A stretch of 63,903 nucleotides of DNA, counting the filler. It is 4 parts of 4 records of this genome, joined end to end, with 100 filler letters (N's around TTAATTAATTAA, not from the genome) between each part and the next. Parts side by side here need not be neighbours in the genome. Positions count along the whole stretch, not along the records: positions 1 to 22,780 come from SRR31156797_1500; positions 22,881 to 36,783 come from SRR31156797_1503; 2 more parts are not named here. The stretch is one strand, 5' to 3'. Of the stretch, positions 21,301 through 30,243 are shown in pieces. Numbering within the stretch: the stretch's first letter is position 1; each line of letters begins with the position of its first letter. Under the pieces are notes generated by a model, which had not been told where the DNA came from, searched no databases, and saw only the letters and a program-made list of their open reading frames with translations. Both the position numbers and the translations under genes were made by a program.

Positions 21301-22104
21301 TCTTCTCAAGAAGGAGTGAGTCCGATAGAAAATGGATCTGAGAATGATAAGCATGTGTTGTTAATTGTAGACGATGAGGAGGATGTGGTAGAATTTTTAT
21401 ATGAAGAATTAAAATCACAATATCATATTTTAAAAGCAGCTAATGGAGAGGAAGGTATTCAGAAAACTTTAAATGTAATTCCGGACCTGGTTATTTCAGA
21501 TGTAATGATGCCAGAGATGGATGGGATGGAGTTTTGTAAACGCTTAAAGAGTGATGTGCGAACTTGTTATATTCCTGTAATGCTCTTAACCGCCAAACAT
21601 GCAGCTGAAGATATGGCAGAAGGTTATGAATTAAACGCCGATGCTTACATGACGAAGCCTTTTAAAATGAATGTTTTAAAGGCGCGTATTAAAAATTTGA
21701 TTCAATCCAGAGAGATGCTTCGAGGGGCGTATCAATCACAAGACAATGCCGCTGTAATTCAATATGAAAATAAAGATAGCGATGATCAGTTATTTATAAA
21801 TGCAATTACAGATAGAATAAAGAATCAGGAAGGTGAATATAGCGTAGAAAAGTTGGCTGAGTATATGGAAATGAATCGTACTCAGTTGTACCGTAAAATA
21901 AAATCCATAACCGGACAGTCTGCTAATGCATTTATATCAGAAATTCGTTTTTCTCATGCTGTAGAGCTGTTAATGGAAGGAAAAAAGAATATTTCTGAGA
22001 TTGCATATGTGCTAGGTTATTCGGAGCCTGGGAACTTTAGTCGTAGTTTCTACCGTCGTTTTGGTGTATCTCCCTCTAAGTATATTGAAATACATAAACC
22101 TTGA
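18355..22104 (+). CDS. Hybrid two-component system (sensor, histidine kinase, receiver, AraC)
   Basis: GFIWFGTANGLSRYDG propeller repeats, YSNLKPGSYTFKVKA, HEIRTPLTLI, GTGLGL, DVMMPEMDG, AraC (SEIAYVLGY..FSRSFYRRFGVSPSKY); TATATTTG at 18288-18295. Confidence 0.97.
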   Translation: MTLSKSLKKALLYTLLSVIVFNLSELGAQIKRIHAKKMDVFDGMAHNSILSIVQDSLGFIWFGTANGLSRYDGYNLKTYQASPIDSNTIYNNRIQLLFVDRQGELWISAFDTVICKYNYEKDNFTRFNESSVSKEVRDSTNRFINRTQKRAVFNKQEFEIREGVDLIHRNNITGAEIIYEGGIPPYKEKQDFNCLFIDRNNVLWIGTNYSGVLRVDLLSNEFTAQNNIIQPQEEPVSSSIRTFMSDGKDLWMGTFYDGFSVLDRESGNREHYYPYLNSGDWLSSGKVRAIYKDHTGDVWLGYNPGVDKVDHLSGKVIPYSIRPRYMSRYPTGGWGRVKRLPRTLYFTIYEDNRHNLWIGSQNGIFRYDREQDDFLFYPLEKEFKNSIATCMTSDSNGHLWIGTEMGGVVNIRRDKNQEQWIDTINYRFRVGDPSSLPDDRVTSIVEDQMGHIWVGTENGLCKIEPQQQRVEIFSLSEGLSDPGIASLVIDVNNKLWISHKKGISSIELSSMSIKNYSIDEINEGGRFLNSAGCYDALYNTVYFGYTGGYISFQPEHIKDNPFAPVVRIVQLKILNKPVEVNKEVNGRVVLNKSIYHTSKIVLTHKDRDFSIEFAALHYNNPDLNKFSYMLEGFDDDWINTDAKHRVATYSNLKPGSYTFKVKASNGSDLWSEKEAGLEIKVLPPWWNTWKAYVLYAQVLIILAYLVLKTVLTKQQYEYLLSIEKLKAEKIQEVAQMKNRFFTNVSHEIRTPLTLILAPIEELMSLPNNENQHYFKIIKRNADRLLNLVNQLLDVRKMEEGKMTLYKTRSNIVELLFKAVESFKIKTETEQLKIQFTTAFDQLDMMLDVDKMNSVFYNLISNAVKYSSADGSIEIKLGQKGEKGDVYIEISNEGTEITKDEIDKIFSPFYRSDSSGKKTVPGTGLGLVIVKQFVELHKGQVEVVSKDGVITFRISLPSETIIEKVKSSGDKFILPTAESGKNVSSQEGVSPIENGSENDKHVLLIVDDEEDVVEFLYEELKSQYHILKAANGEEGIQKTLNVIPDLVISDVMMPEMDGMEFCKRLKSDVRTCYIPVMLLTAKHAAEDMAEGYELNADAYMTKPFKMNVLKARIKNLIQSREMLRGAYQSQDNAAVIQYENKDSDDQLFINAITDRIKNQEGEYSVEKLAEYMEMNRTQLYRKIKSITGQSANAFISEIRFSHAVELLMEGKKNISEIAYVLGYSEPGNFSRSFYRRFGVSPSKYIEIHKP

Positions 22105-22421
22105 TATTATTGTAAGAAACTTCTCGACACAACCAGCAATGCTGCAATAATTAACAGTATTTCGTTAAGTTTTGGTAATATTTAGTTTGTTAGATATGTG
22201 AGTGTTTTGTTGTTAGATATATAATCTTGACCATAAGCGCCTTGTAAATCAGTCTTTCGTCTTTTGTCTTAAATCTAACGATCTGTTGTTATAAAAGACG
22301 TGGATAATAATCCTCAATAATTACATATATCTAATACTCAAATAAATCTTAAATAAGCATATTTGTTTATTGCATAACTAATTCGTTTTGTTTGTGTAAG
22401 CGCTTGTAAAGTAAGCTGTAC

Positions 22422-22483
22422 GCACAATGATAAGTTTTGATGCAAAATGATATTAATGCATTGGGTTATCCTTAGTATATTCG
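22422..22483 (+). promoter_or_regulatory. Candidate regulator-binding direct repeat plus -7-like element upstream of the PL11 gene
   Basis: GCACAATGATA (22422-22432) and GCAAAATGATA (22442-22452), 10/11 identical with 20-bp period; TATATTCG at 22476-22483. Confidence 0.45.
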
Positions 22484-22659
22484 CATTATTGGGTTATTCA
22501 CATTCTTATTTTTAATACAGAACAATACTTTTTAAGTAATTCCTATGTCATAGTTCGTTGGAATTTATGATAGGATTAGTCGAATAATTAACACTGGTAA
22601 GTAAAAAATCACATAGTGTAAACTATAATCAAAGAATAAAAATTTACTAAAAAACAGTT

Positions 22660-22780
22660 ATGAAGAGGATTAGTATCTTATTTTTTTGTTTGACCTTATT
22701 GTTGGTTTCAATAAGTGCACAAAGAAAAATGGAAACGCTGGACAGAGGGTTGATAGCCGTAAAAAATTCAGAAGGCGTTT
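22660..22780 (+). CDS. Rhamnogalacturonan lyase PL11 (YesW/YesX-like), N-terminal fragment truncated by contig end
   Basis: Manual translation MKRISILFFCLTLLLVSISAQRKMETLDRGLIAVKNSEGV: signal peptide plus the RxMExLDRGLxAV..GV N-terminal signature of PL11; absent from the ORF track. Confidence 0.75.
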
Positions 22781-22880
22781 NNNNNNNNNNNNNNNNNNNN
22801 NNNNNNNNNNNNNNNNNNNNNNNNTTAATTAATTAANNNNNNNNNNNNNNNNNNNNNNNNNNNNNNNNNNNNNNNNNNNN
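22781..22880. other. Artificial contig linker
   Basis: 44 N + TTAATTAATTAA (stops in all six frames) + 44 N; base composition changes abruptly across it. Confidence 0.99.
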
Positions 22881-22946
22881 TTTTCATCCCCCTTCTTTGA
22901 GGGAGAGCCCGTAAAATGCAGCTGCTCTGCCTTTGCGTGATTGCAC

Positions 22947-24914
22947 TTAGTTTTTGGCAAAAAACCTCACCTCTCCTCCATTTGCAGGGAGGACACTGAT
23001 TTCTGTTGGTTCCCCCTGCTCATTTAACCTGACCCTACCGACACTACTTTCGTTTACCAGCTGGCTGGCGTCATGGTTATCTGGTCTTCGTGCTTTAATG
23101 CGCATCTTGCGGCGTCTGGTAAGCCAGTTGAGGGGGGATCGGCTGGCATACATCCAGCGGTTGAGCCGATCAAACCACCGCAGCAGATCGTGAGGAAACT
23201 CATTTTTAAAACCGCTGCAGGTAATTTGCCAGATGTTAGGGCTGTTGCGACGATATCTCAGTTTGACGTCGTAAGCAAAGGAGTAGTGAACATCACCGGA
23301 TAAGATGACGAAGTTTTTCGGGGTATGACGGTGTCTGAAGATATTGAGGATAACATTGGCTGATCCGGGATGGGCCATCCAGTTTTCTGCATCAACAACC
23401 AGGGGGTGCCCGCAATAGGTGATGATCCGCTGCACCACCTCAATCAGCTTAACACCAAAAATCGGTGCTGGTGAAATCAGCAGAACAGATGGCTGGTGCA
23501 TCAGTTCCTGCTGCAGTTCGGAAAGGTCTTCCCATTCCATCAGACCAGAAGGTTTTGTCAGGCTCGACTCCGACCACCACCGGTTGGTCCGGGTGTCGAG
23601 CACCACCATTTTTGGATTTGTTGGGAGACTGTAATTCCAAGATTCAAATTTGAGCAGGGAATTGATCAGTGCATCCTGTTTTTCACCACCTGGTTCTTGG
23701 AAACAGTCATGGACATGCTCAAGAAAAGGCCCTTCAAATTGCTGAGGATGGTTTCCCCAGCCCTGGAAAAGGAAATAGGCAATAAGGGCATTGCCTATAA
23801 TACGTCTTGAGAAAGGGTGCTCATAGGCGACCTCTTCCCAGCCACGGCTTAAGTTCCAGTCATCAGTGACATCATGATCATCAAAGATCATATAGGTCGG
23901 CATGTGGGCCAGGAGACGTTGTACACGACCAAGACCTTCTGCAAAGGCAGCAACATCCCTGCTCTCGGTGTTATATTGATCCTTGTTGGTTTCAGGTATG
24001 TCAGCTGCATTCAAGTCTACATATTTCCAGAGTGCGGGCGACCATATCAGCAGATACATTGCTGCGAGTTCGGCCAGGGTTACCAGGTGGTTATGCGCCG
24101 ATGAGGTGGTAAATACCGGCTTTCGTACCCCTCCAAAAAAACGGTCACGCAGATTCTTTGTTTCTTTGTTGTGGGGCAGGAGTTCCTCTCGCTGGTAGTA
24201 ACAATATTCGCTGGCTAATAATTCGTCACTGTCTGCTACAACTGCACCGGTCAATTGTTCTTTGAATAAACCGAGCTTGGAGGCCGCCTGGTGAATGGCA
24301 ACCAGCATTGGGCCTCCTACATCATCGGCATAGATCTGGTCGCCGGTCATCATCAAGAGCGCTGGGCGCTGTTCCGGTTTTTCAACGGTTGCTGCCAGTT
24401 CGTTATCGATACGGAGCAAGGCGTCCTTGGAGGGATCATGCGGTTTGCGGCATGAACCATGGAGTATGTGGTCTATCACCGGTTTGACCACAAAGAGAGG
24501 TCTTGAATGTCCCTCGTAGACAAGATGTGGCATACAGTCCACCAGGTGGGACTCTTCCTGTCCGGTATGGACGATCAGGTCATATTCTAAAAGCTCTTCA
24601 ACCGGGAAAGGCACCTGAGGCTTGAAGTCAATAAGGTAGATATGAGCATGTTCACCAATTTGCACCGGCGGCGGTGAAAAGTCAGCAATGTCTCCTTTAA
24701 AAAAACAGTGCTGGTCTATATGGCGATAGAGACATAACGATATGGACAACTCACTGCTGGTTGCAACCCAGAGGACAAGTTGATCACGAGTTACTCGACG
24801 GAGGATAGGGCCAGCAATGATGGGTGGTAAGTCTGAATGTTGCTGCATGGGATAAGGAGGCGATATAAGTCTAGGTTGTGGTGTCGTTGAGAGTGGTATC
24901 CTCTTATTTGCCAT
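22947..24914 (-). CDS. PhoD-like (alkaline phosphatase D family) metallophosphoesterase, no export signal; start may be 24848
   Basis: AGPILRR, HGSCRKPH, TGDQIYADD, IFDDHDVTDDW, VLDTRT, LSGDVH. Confidence 0.88.
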   Translation of the reverse strand: MANKRIPLSTTPQPRLISPPYPMQQHSDLPPIIAGPILRRVTRDQLVLWVATSSELSISLCLYRHIDQHCFFKGDIADFSPPPVQIGEHAHIYLIDFKPQVPFPVEELLEYDLIVHTGQEESHLVDCMPHLVYEGHSRPLFVVKPVIDHILHGSCRKPHDPSKDALLRIDNELAATVEKPEQRPALLMMTGDQIYADDVGGPMLVAIHQAASKLGLFKEQLTGAVVADSDELLASEYCYYQREELLPHNKETKNLRDRFFGGVRKPVFTTSSAHNHLVTLAELAAMYLLIWSPALWKYVDLNAADIPETNKDQYNTESRDVAAFAEGLGRVQRLLAHMPTYMIFDDHDVTDDWNLSRGWEEVAYEHPFSRRIIGNALIAYFLFQGWGNHPQQFEGPFLEHVHDCFQEPGGEKQDALINSLLKFESWNYSLPTNPKMVVLDTRTNRWWSESSLTKPSGLMEWEDLSELQQELMHQPSVLLISPAPIFGVKLIEVVQRIITYCGHPLVVDAENWMAHPGSANVILNIFRHRHTPKNFVILSGDVHYSFAYDVKLRYRRNSPNIWQITCSGFKNEFPHDLLRWFDRLNRWMYASRSPLNWLTRRRKMRIKARRPDNHDASQLVNESSVGRVRLNEQGEPTEISVLPANGGEVRFFAKN

Positions 24915-25128
24915 ACCCTAGCCAAACCGCTTGTAGGTGTCAATTTACTTTGGGTTCTTTTAAGGCATCCTTAATAATGGTCATTGCCATTTTCCACTTA
25001 GAAAGCAATGGTTGCCGAACATTTACAGATCAAGGCCGAGGTGGGATATTTGTTATTCGCTGAATAGTTACAGCTGTAGTAAGGTAAAAGCAAAGAGCAC
25101 CTCAAAGCGAAAAAGTGATCAATCAACA

Positions 25129-25974
25129 GTGAAGATTCGATATTTAATACCCATATTTTTAAGTCTGCTGCTCTGTGCCTGCGAGGATACTAATCTCTTT
25201 ATGGTAACCGGAGCAGCAACAGATGCGGTGACTGCAATTACCTTATCCGATGAGCAGGTAAAGAACCTTGCTCGGCAGGCCGCTTACACTACAGATAGTA
25301 AGTACCAGGTTGCCCCGCAGCAGAGCGGCTACGCTCTACGCATCAGGAAGTTATTGGAAGGGCTCAATGCAGTCGATCAGGAGAACTTCAATGTTAAAAT
25401 CTATCTGGCAAAGGAGATCAACGCCTTTGCCATGGCAGATGGAAGCATCAGGCTGTACAGTGGTTTAATGGAGTTGATGAATGACCAGGAGCTTTTATTT
25501 GTGATCGGCCACGAGATGGGGCATGTGGTCAACAAACACTCCAGGGAAAAAATGGTGCTTGCCTATGCGGCCAGCGCCTTGAGAAAGGGATTGGCATCCC
25601 AGCAGAATGAGATTGGACAACTTGCCGGTTCAATGGTTGGTGGTTTTGTCGAACAGCTCACCTCTGCCCAATTTTCGCAGCACGAGGAACGCGAGGCAGA
25701 CCGGTACGGTGTAAAGGTGCTTGTTGACCAAGGGTACACTACGGGAGCTGCTCTTTCAGCCCTTAAAAAACTTGCGGCATTGCCCGGCCAGCACACCCTT
25801 TTTTCCAGTCATCCTGATCCGGAAGCCAGGATGAAGGCCTTGCTGCAAAATGGAGAAGAAGACAAAAATCAGGATTCGATGATGCATACCTTGTTTGGTT
25901 ATGCAAAACGGGTGGCTGTCGTTCTGCTTCATTTTGTTGGGCTTATTGTCAACTGGCTTCTCTCTTTGCTCTGA
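25129..25974 (+). CDS. M48 family zinc metalloprotease lipoprotein (LoiP/YfgC-like)
   Basis: INAFAMADG, HEMGH, FSQHEEREAD, SSHP; LLCAC lipobox after GTG at 25129. Confidence 0.88.
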   Translation: MKIRYLIPIFLSLLLCACEDTNLFMVTGAATDAVTAITLSDEQVKNLARQAAYTTDSKYQVAPQQSGYALRIRKLLEGLNAVDQENFNVKIYLAKEINAFAMADGSIRLYSGLMELMNDQELLFVIGHEMGHVVNKHSREKMVLAYAASALRKGLASQQNEIGQLAGSMVGGFVEQLTSAQFSQHEEREADRYGVKVLVDQGYTTGAALSALKKLAALPGQHTLFSSHPDPEARMKALLQNGEEDKNQDSMMHTLFGYAKRVAVVLLHFVGLIVNWLLSLL

Positions 25975-26002
25975 GTCACCCGCTCAAAAAGATATTATCT
26001 GA

Positions 26003-27217
26003 ATGAACATCCACGACACGTCGTTGAAGGGAAACGTCACTAAATTGTATTTTTTTTCCTTTCTTAAGATGACCCTTTTTCCCATGGCGATTATCACCCT
26101 GTTCTGGAAGGACCAGATTGGGCTCTCTCTAGCTGATATTTTGTTGCTGCAGGCAATATTTTCGGGGACCAGTGTCCTGTTTGAGTACCCTTCCGGATAT
26201 ATCAGTGATCGTTTAGGGTATCGGGCAGCATTGATAATGGCCTCAATGCTGGCCATCCTTGGCTGGACATATTATCTTTTCGCCGATACATTTGCGGAAG
26301 TGTTGCTGGCTGAAATTATTTTGGGTTGCGCATGGGCCTTTATCAGCGGCTCTGACAGTGCTTTACTCTTTGAGACCCTTCGTTGTCAGCAACGGGAAGA
26401 AGGGTATGCCAGGTTTGATGGTCGGATGACTGGTTTTGCCCAGACTGGTGAAGCTGCCGGTGCACTTTTTGCTGGAGTGATGTATGCAGCTTGGCCGCTT
26501 TTCCCATTTGTCGGTCAAATAGCTGTGTGGATAGTTGCGCTCCTGCTTTGTCTGAGCATGAAAGAACCTGCTGTGGAAGGTGAAACGGAGATCCATTCTC
26601 ATCTAGGAGAAGCACTCAAAACCTGTCGATACGCCCTACGGGAAAACAGCCATGTTCGGGCAACAATCATATTTGGTGCTGTACTGGGGCTTGCTTCTTT
26701 TTATACAGTTTGGCTTATTCAGCCCTACATGCAGGAGAGCGGGGTACCTGTAGCCTGGTTTGGACCTGCTTGGGCCGGCGCCAACCTGACTGTGGCGTGT
26801 TGTTCCCTGGTCAGCCATCGTTTACGCTTTGTGCTTGGTGACAGGTGGTTGGTCGCTGTTTTTATTGTATTGGTCCTGGTTGGGTATGGTGGGCTGAGTA
26901 TGATCACAGGAGTGTGGGGTTTTCTTTTTTATTACATGCTGACGGCCATGCGCGGGCTCCAGGGACCGATAATGCGCAATCACCTGCAGCATGCGAGCAG
27001 TCGCCGGAATCGAGCCAGCATCCTTTCCCTATACAGTCTGGTTTTCCGCTTTTTGTTTGTGCTCACCGGGCCAATGGTCGGTCTGGCCGCAGACAACTAT
27101 GGCCTGCGTCCGACGTTTGCTGTTTTAGCGGTTTTATTTGTTTTATTCCTTACCCCATTTTCCCGGCTCTTCCTTGCAACCCTACCAGTGGGAAAAGGAC
27201 GGATCGGCAGCACTTAA
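26003..27217 (+). CDS. MFS transporter
   Basis: About 12 hydrophobic segments; EYPSGYISDRLGYR motif A; SGSDSALLFETL. Confidence 0.9.
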   Translation: MNIHDTSLKGNVTKLYFFSFLKMTLFPMAIITLFWKDQIGLSLADILLLQAIFSGTSVLFEYPSGYISDRLGYRAALIMASMLAILGWTYYLFADTFAEVLLAEIILGCAWAFISGSDSALLFETLRCQQREEGYARFDGRMTGFAQTGEAAGALFAGVMYAAWPLFPFVGQIAVWIVALLLCLSMKEPAVEGETEIHSHLGEALKTCRYALRENSHVRATIIFGAVLGLASFYTVWLIQPYMQESGVPVAWFGPAWAGANLTVACCSLVSHRLRFVLGDRWLVAVFIVLVLVGYGGLSMITGVWGFLFYYMLTAMRGLQGPIMRNHLQHASSRRNRASILSLYSLVFRFLFVLTGPMVGLAADNYGLRPTFAVLAVLFVLFLTPFSRLFLATLPVGKGRIGST

Positions 27218-27220
27218 AGA

Positions 27221-27661
27221 GTGAGCATGATGTCCATCGTTATTCGACCATTCCATTATCAGGAGCACCGCGAGGTGATTGAATTGTGGCGAAAATGCGG
27301 CTTGGTTGTTCCTGCCAACGACCCACAAAAGGATATAGATTGCAAGATGCAGATAGGGAGGGAACTTTTTTTGGTTGGCCTGCGGTACAATAAGGTTGTT
27401 GCAGCGATCATGGGCGGGTATGACGGACACCGGGGATGGATAAATTATCTGGCAGTTGACCCACTTTGGCGAGGGAAGGGGTACGGGAGAAGCATGGTTG
27501 AGGCTGTAGAGATGCGATTGCTGGAAAAAGGATGCCCCAAAGTGAACTTGCAGGTGAGAAGCAGTAATACCAAGGTGCTGGAATTTTACCAAAGACTTGG
27601 TTATCAATGTGATGATGTGGTGAGTTTAGGAAAACGTTTAGAGTGCAATTATATGGAGTAA
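27221..27661 (+). CDS. ypeA: GNAT family acetyltransferase, YpeA-like
   Basis: MGGYDGHRGWINYLAVDP, RGKGYG acetyl-CoA motif, CPKVNLQVR, FYQRLGY. Confidence 0.85.
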   Translation: MSMMSIVIRPFHYQEHREVIELWRKCGLVVPANDPQKDIDCKMQIGRELFLVGLRYNKVVAAIMGGYDGHRGWINYLAVDPLWRGKGYGRSMVEAVEMRLLEKGCPKVNLQVRSSNTKVLEFYQRLGYQCDDVVSLGKRLECNYME

Positions 27662-27664
27662 CGT

Positions 27665-28546
27665 ATGAAACTGAATAAGGAAAATGCAACTATCGGTTTT
27701 GTCGGCATCGGAGTGATGGGCAGGAGTATGGCGGGACACCTTCTTGGTGATGGGTATCCGCTGCATATTTATACCCGTACCCAAAAAAGTGCAGATGATT
27801 TGGTCACAGCTGGAGCTGTCTGGGAAGAATCAGTAAAAACACTGGCAGAAAAATGCGATGTCGTTTTCACCATGCTTGGTTTCCCTCCGGATGTGGAAGC
27901 TGTCTATTTTGGCGAACAGGGGCTGTTGGCCAATATGAAGCCGGGGACATATGTGGTTGATATGTCAACCTCACGTCCTGATCTAGCAGCGAAAATATTT
28001 AAAACGGCAGCTTCCAGCCAGGTAAGTGCTCTTGATGCCCCTGTTTCTGGGGGGGACATTGGGGCACGTGATGCACGCCTTTCCATCATGGTGGGAGGGG
28101 ACCAGGAGGCATTTGATGCGGTTTTGCCTCTCTTTGAGCTCATGGGAACTAATATTGTGTTTCAGGGAGCTGCTGGAAGCGGGCAGCATACAAAAATGTG
28201 CAACCAAATAGCCATTGCCGCTGGCATGATGGGCGTATGTGAGGCCTTTGCCTATGCGGAGAAAGCAGGTCTTGATCCGGCAACTGTTCTTAAAAGCATA
28301 GAAAGCGGGGCTGCAGGAAGCTGGTCTTTATCGAATCTTGTGCCACGGATCATCGCTGGTGATTATGCCCCGGGATTTTACGTGAAGCATTTTATAAAAG
28401 ATATGGGGATTGCCATAGAGGCTGCCGACAGCATGGGGGTAGAGGTTCCCGGTTTAAAACTTGCCAAAAGCCTCTATGTTAAACTTGCTGAGGCCGGTGG
28501 TGAAGATGATGGTACCCAGGCTCTCTATAAACTGTATTCCTCTTAA
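27665..28546 (+). CDS. NAD(P)-dependent beta-hydroxyacid dehydrogenase (2-hydroxy-3-oxopropionate reductase / 3-hydroxyisobutyrate dehydrogenase family)
   Basis: GFVGIGVMG, DAPVSGG, GQHTKMCNQ catalytic Lys, F..KHFIKDM. Confidence 0.93.
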   Translation: MKLNKENATIGFVGIGVMGRSMAGHLLGDGYPLHIYTRTQKSADDLVTAGAVWEESVKTLAEKCDVVFTMLGFPPDVEAVYFGEQGLLANMKPGTYVVDMSTSRPDLAAKIFKTAASSQVSALDAPVSGGDIGARDARLSIMVGGDQEAFDAVLPLFELMGTNIVFQGAAGSGQHTKMCNQIAIAAGMMGVCEAFAYAEKAGLDPATVLKSIESGAAGSWSLSNLVPRIIAGDYAPGFYVKHFIKDMGIAIEAADSMGVEVPGLKLAKSLYVKLAEAGGEDDGTQALYKLYSS

Positions 28547-28553
28547 TAAAGTT

Positions 28554-28602
28554 TTCACAGTGGTTGTTTGTGGAACTCTTGAACACAAATGACCACTGTG
28601 AA
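28554..28602 (+). terminator. Long stem-loop after the dehydrogenase gene (probable terminator or mRNA stabiliser)
   Basis: TTCACAGTGGTTGTTTGTG ... CACAAATGACCACTGTGAA, 19-bp arms with two G-U pairs; no clear U tract. Confidence 0.6.
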
Positions 28603-28983
28603 CGGCGTTCTACTGCTACTTTCATTAACGCCTGACATCTATAGCCCCTCTTCCACCCATGTCCCAGCTATAGCTGCAGCGATTACATTTTCTCCAGTGT
28701 CTCGTCAACGTTGTACAGACATATCTTGTTTGTAAATCTAGCGCAACATATCGACATTCAATTGTTGGCGCGACACTCTTAACAAACTGAATTTAATGTT
28801 TTAATCGATCCTGAGGTAGGGCTGGAGAAAATAATGGAAACGGCACCCCACCAGTAGGGGACGGTAAAGCTGTTGACGCCTGCCAGGCTGTTTTGTACTC
28901 TTTTCCTAGAACATTTTGTTCTATCAACTATCCTGCAGTGCTCATTTCACCGTCTTTTCATAAACACAGAGTGTGAGGAGAAT

Positions 28984-30174
28984 ATGATGACAGGTGCACC
29001 CCGCGAAGTAATTGTCCCTCATCGTAGAATACCGTTGGATATCCCAGATGATGTTGCGCCGACAGAATTTTTTAACAGTCCTTGTAACCTGCGTCACCTT
29101 GCAAGGGAAAATGGCCTTCTACGAAATCCAGAGGGTTTCCTGCTGTATCGTAAGGCCATAGGGCATTCCAATCTTTTTGATACTTCCATTATTTTCGATA
29201 CTTCCCAAAAAGTTCTCGATCCCATGGGGCGACCAGTCCGACGCGATCAACTTACGCGAGAGGAAAACATTGTTTTCAGCCGCATGACCAAGGTGGTTTT
29301 TGAATATATGCTGGAAAAGTATCCAGACCCCGAAGAGCACTTGGTGCTTTGTGGTGAGGCCAGTTTGGATGCGACCTGGCCGCTGAATAAACCCGGAGTG
29401 CCTAGTGTGCGGATGATTCATAATCATTTTATGGTGTTTGAAAACGCCATGCTGGGTAACGCTTCCCATGCTGCAGCCGATAACCCCAACTTAACCGACA
29501 GTGGCCAAAACGGACTGTTTTTGCAATATCTGAGTGAGGTGTATTTGCGTTTTTTTTCAGAGCTGGACCTGGAAGTATTGCGCCCCATCTCACCAGAAGA
29601 GGGACAGCTGCGTATAACCGGGTTTCCGCAGGGATTACCGAGCTGGGAGATTATCGGCGGTCCAGCATCGCTTGCAAGGGGCAAATTTTGGCATGAATAC
29701 GATATGGTGCTCAAGGGATTCCTTGATTTTTATCGAGTCTTTTTTGGGTTGGTTGCTGCAGGTGACACAAGGGTACCAACAGCAGCTTCATTTCCCGACC
29801 AGATAGAGGATATTCTACTTTTCAGCGATCAGTTTCACCTGGCTGCCAGAATGCTGCGGTTACAGGTTCTGGAAGATCCGGCCTTTGCCAATGAAATTCG
29901 CTGGCAGCCTGCGTATAAGCAGCTTATCTATCGTGATGATAAAGGACGACTGATTGTCACCATCAGCCAGAATTCGGTGGGCAATGCAATTACTGAATTG
30001 CTCGGTATCGTAGTGAAGCGCATACCTGACGAAGCAGCCTATGCACAGGTGGAAGCAGCACTGGTGAATCAATTGCTTGAGCTGCGTAACAGGTTGATTA
30101 AATATAATCTCGGTACAGCCGTTGCCACTCCATCATGGCCCCATGGGCGTTTTGTACCTCCAACCTCACCCTAG
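28984..30174 (+). CDS. Hypothetical protein with a HIT-like HxH motif
   Basis: Long ORF with GAGGAG RBS before ATG 28984; PSVRMIHNHFMVF resembles HIT/GalT-superfamily motifs. Confidence 0.7.
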   Translation: MMTGAPREVIVPHRRIPLDIPDDVAPTEFFNSPCNLRHLARENGLLRNPEGFLLYRKAIGHSNLFDTSIIFDTSQKVLDPMGRPVRRDQLTREENIVFSRMTKVVFEYMLEKYPDPEEHLVLCGEASLDATWPLNKPGVPSVRMIHNHFMVFENAMLGNASHAAADNPNLTDSGQNGLFLQYLSEVYLRFFSELDLEVLRPISPEEGQLRITGFPQGLPSWEIIGGPASLARGKFWHEYDMVLKGFLDFYRVFFGLVAAGDTRVPTAASFPDQIEDILLFSDQFHLAARMLRLQVLEDPAFANEIRWQPAYKQLIYRDDKGRLIVTISQNSVGNAITELLGIVVKRIPDEAAYAQVEAALVNQLLELRNRLIKYNLGTAVATPSWPHGRFVPPTSP

Positions 30175-30196
30175 GCGGTATCGAATGGAGAAGGTT

Positions 30197-30232
30197 GCGG
30201 ATATCCGAAGGTGGTTCCCCCTGGATATCCGC
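30197..30232. terminator. Hairpin between convergent genes
   Basis: GCGGATATCC ... GGATATCCGC perfect 10-bp inverted repeat. Confidence 0.5.
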
Positions 30233-30243
30233 CATTACTGTGG

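Noticed and set aside
22825..22836. TTAATTAATTAA occurring three times as a possible biological repeat or att site
   Set aside because: Always centred in N padding; it is a synthetic six-frame stop spacer
28765..28785. Possible sigma-54 promoter TTGGCGCG (also TGGCAC on - strand near 33960)
   Set aside because: No GC at the required GG-N10-GC spacing
28830..28890. Riboswitch-like leader (CCCC-ACCAGTA-GGGG hairpin, GGGACGGTAAAGC, GCTGTTGACGCCTGC)
   Set aside because: Only fragmentary resemblance to fluoride or c-di-GMP-I riboswitches; the required pairings do not form. An Rfam/Infernal scan would settle it
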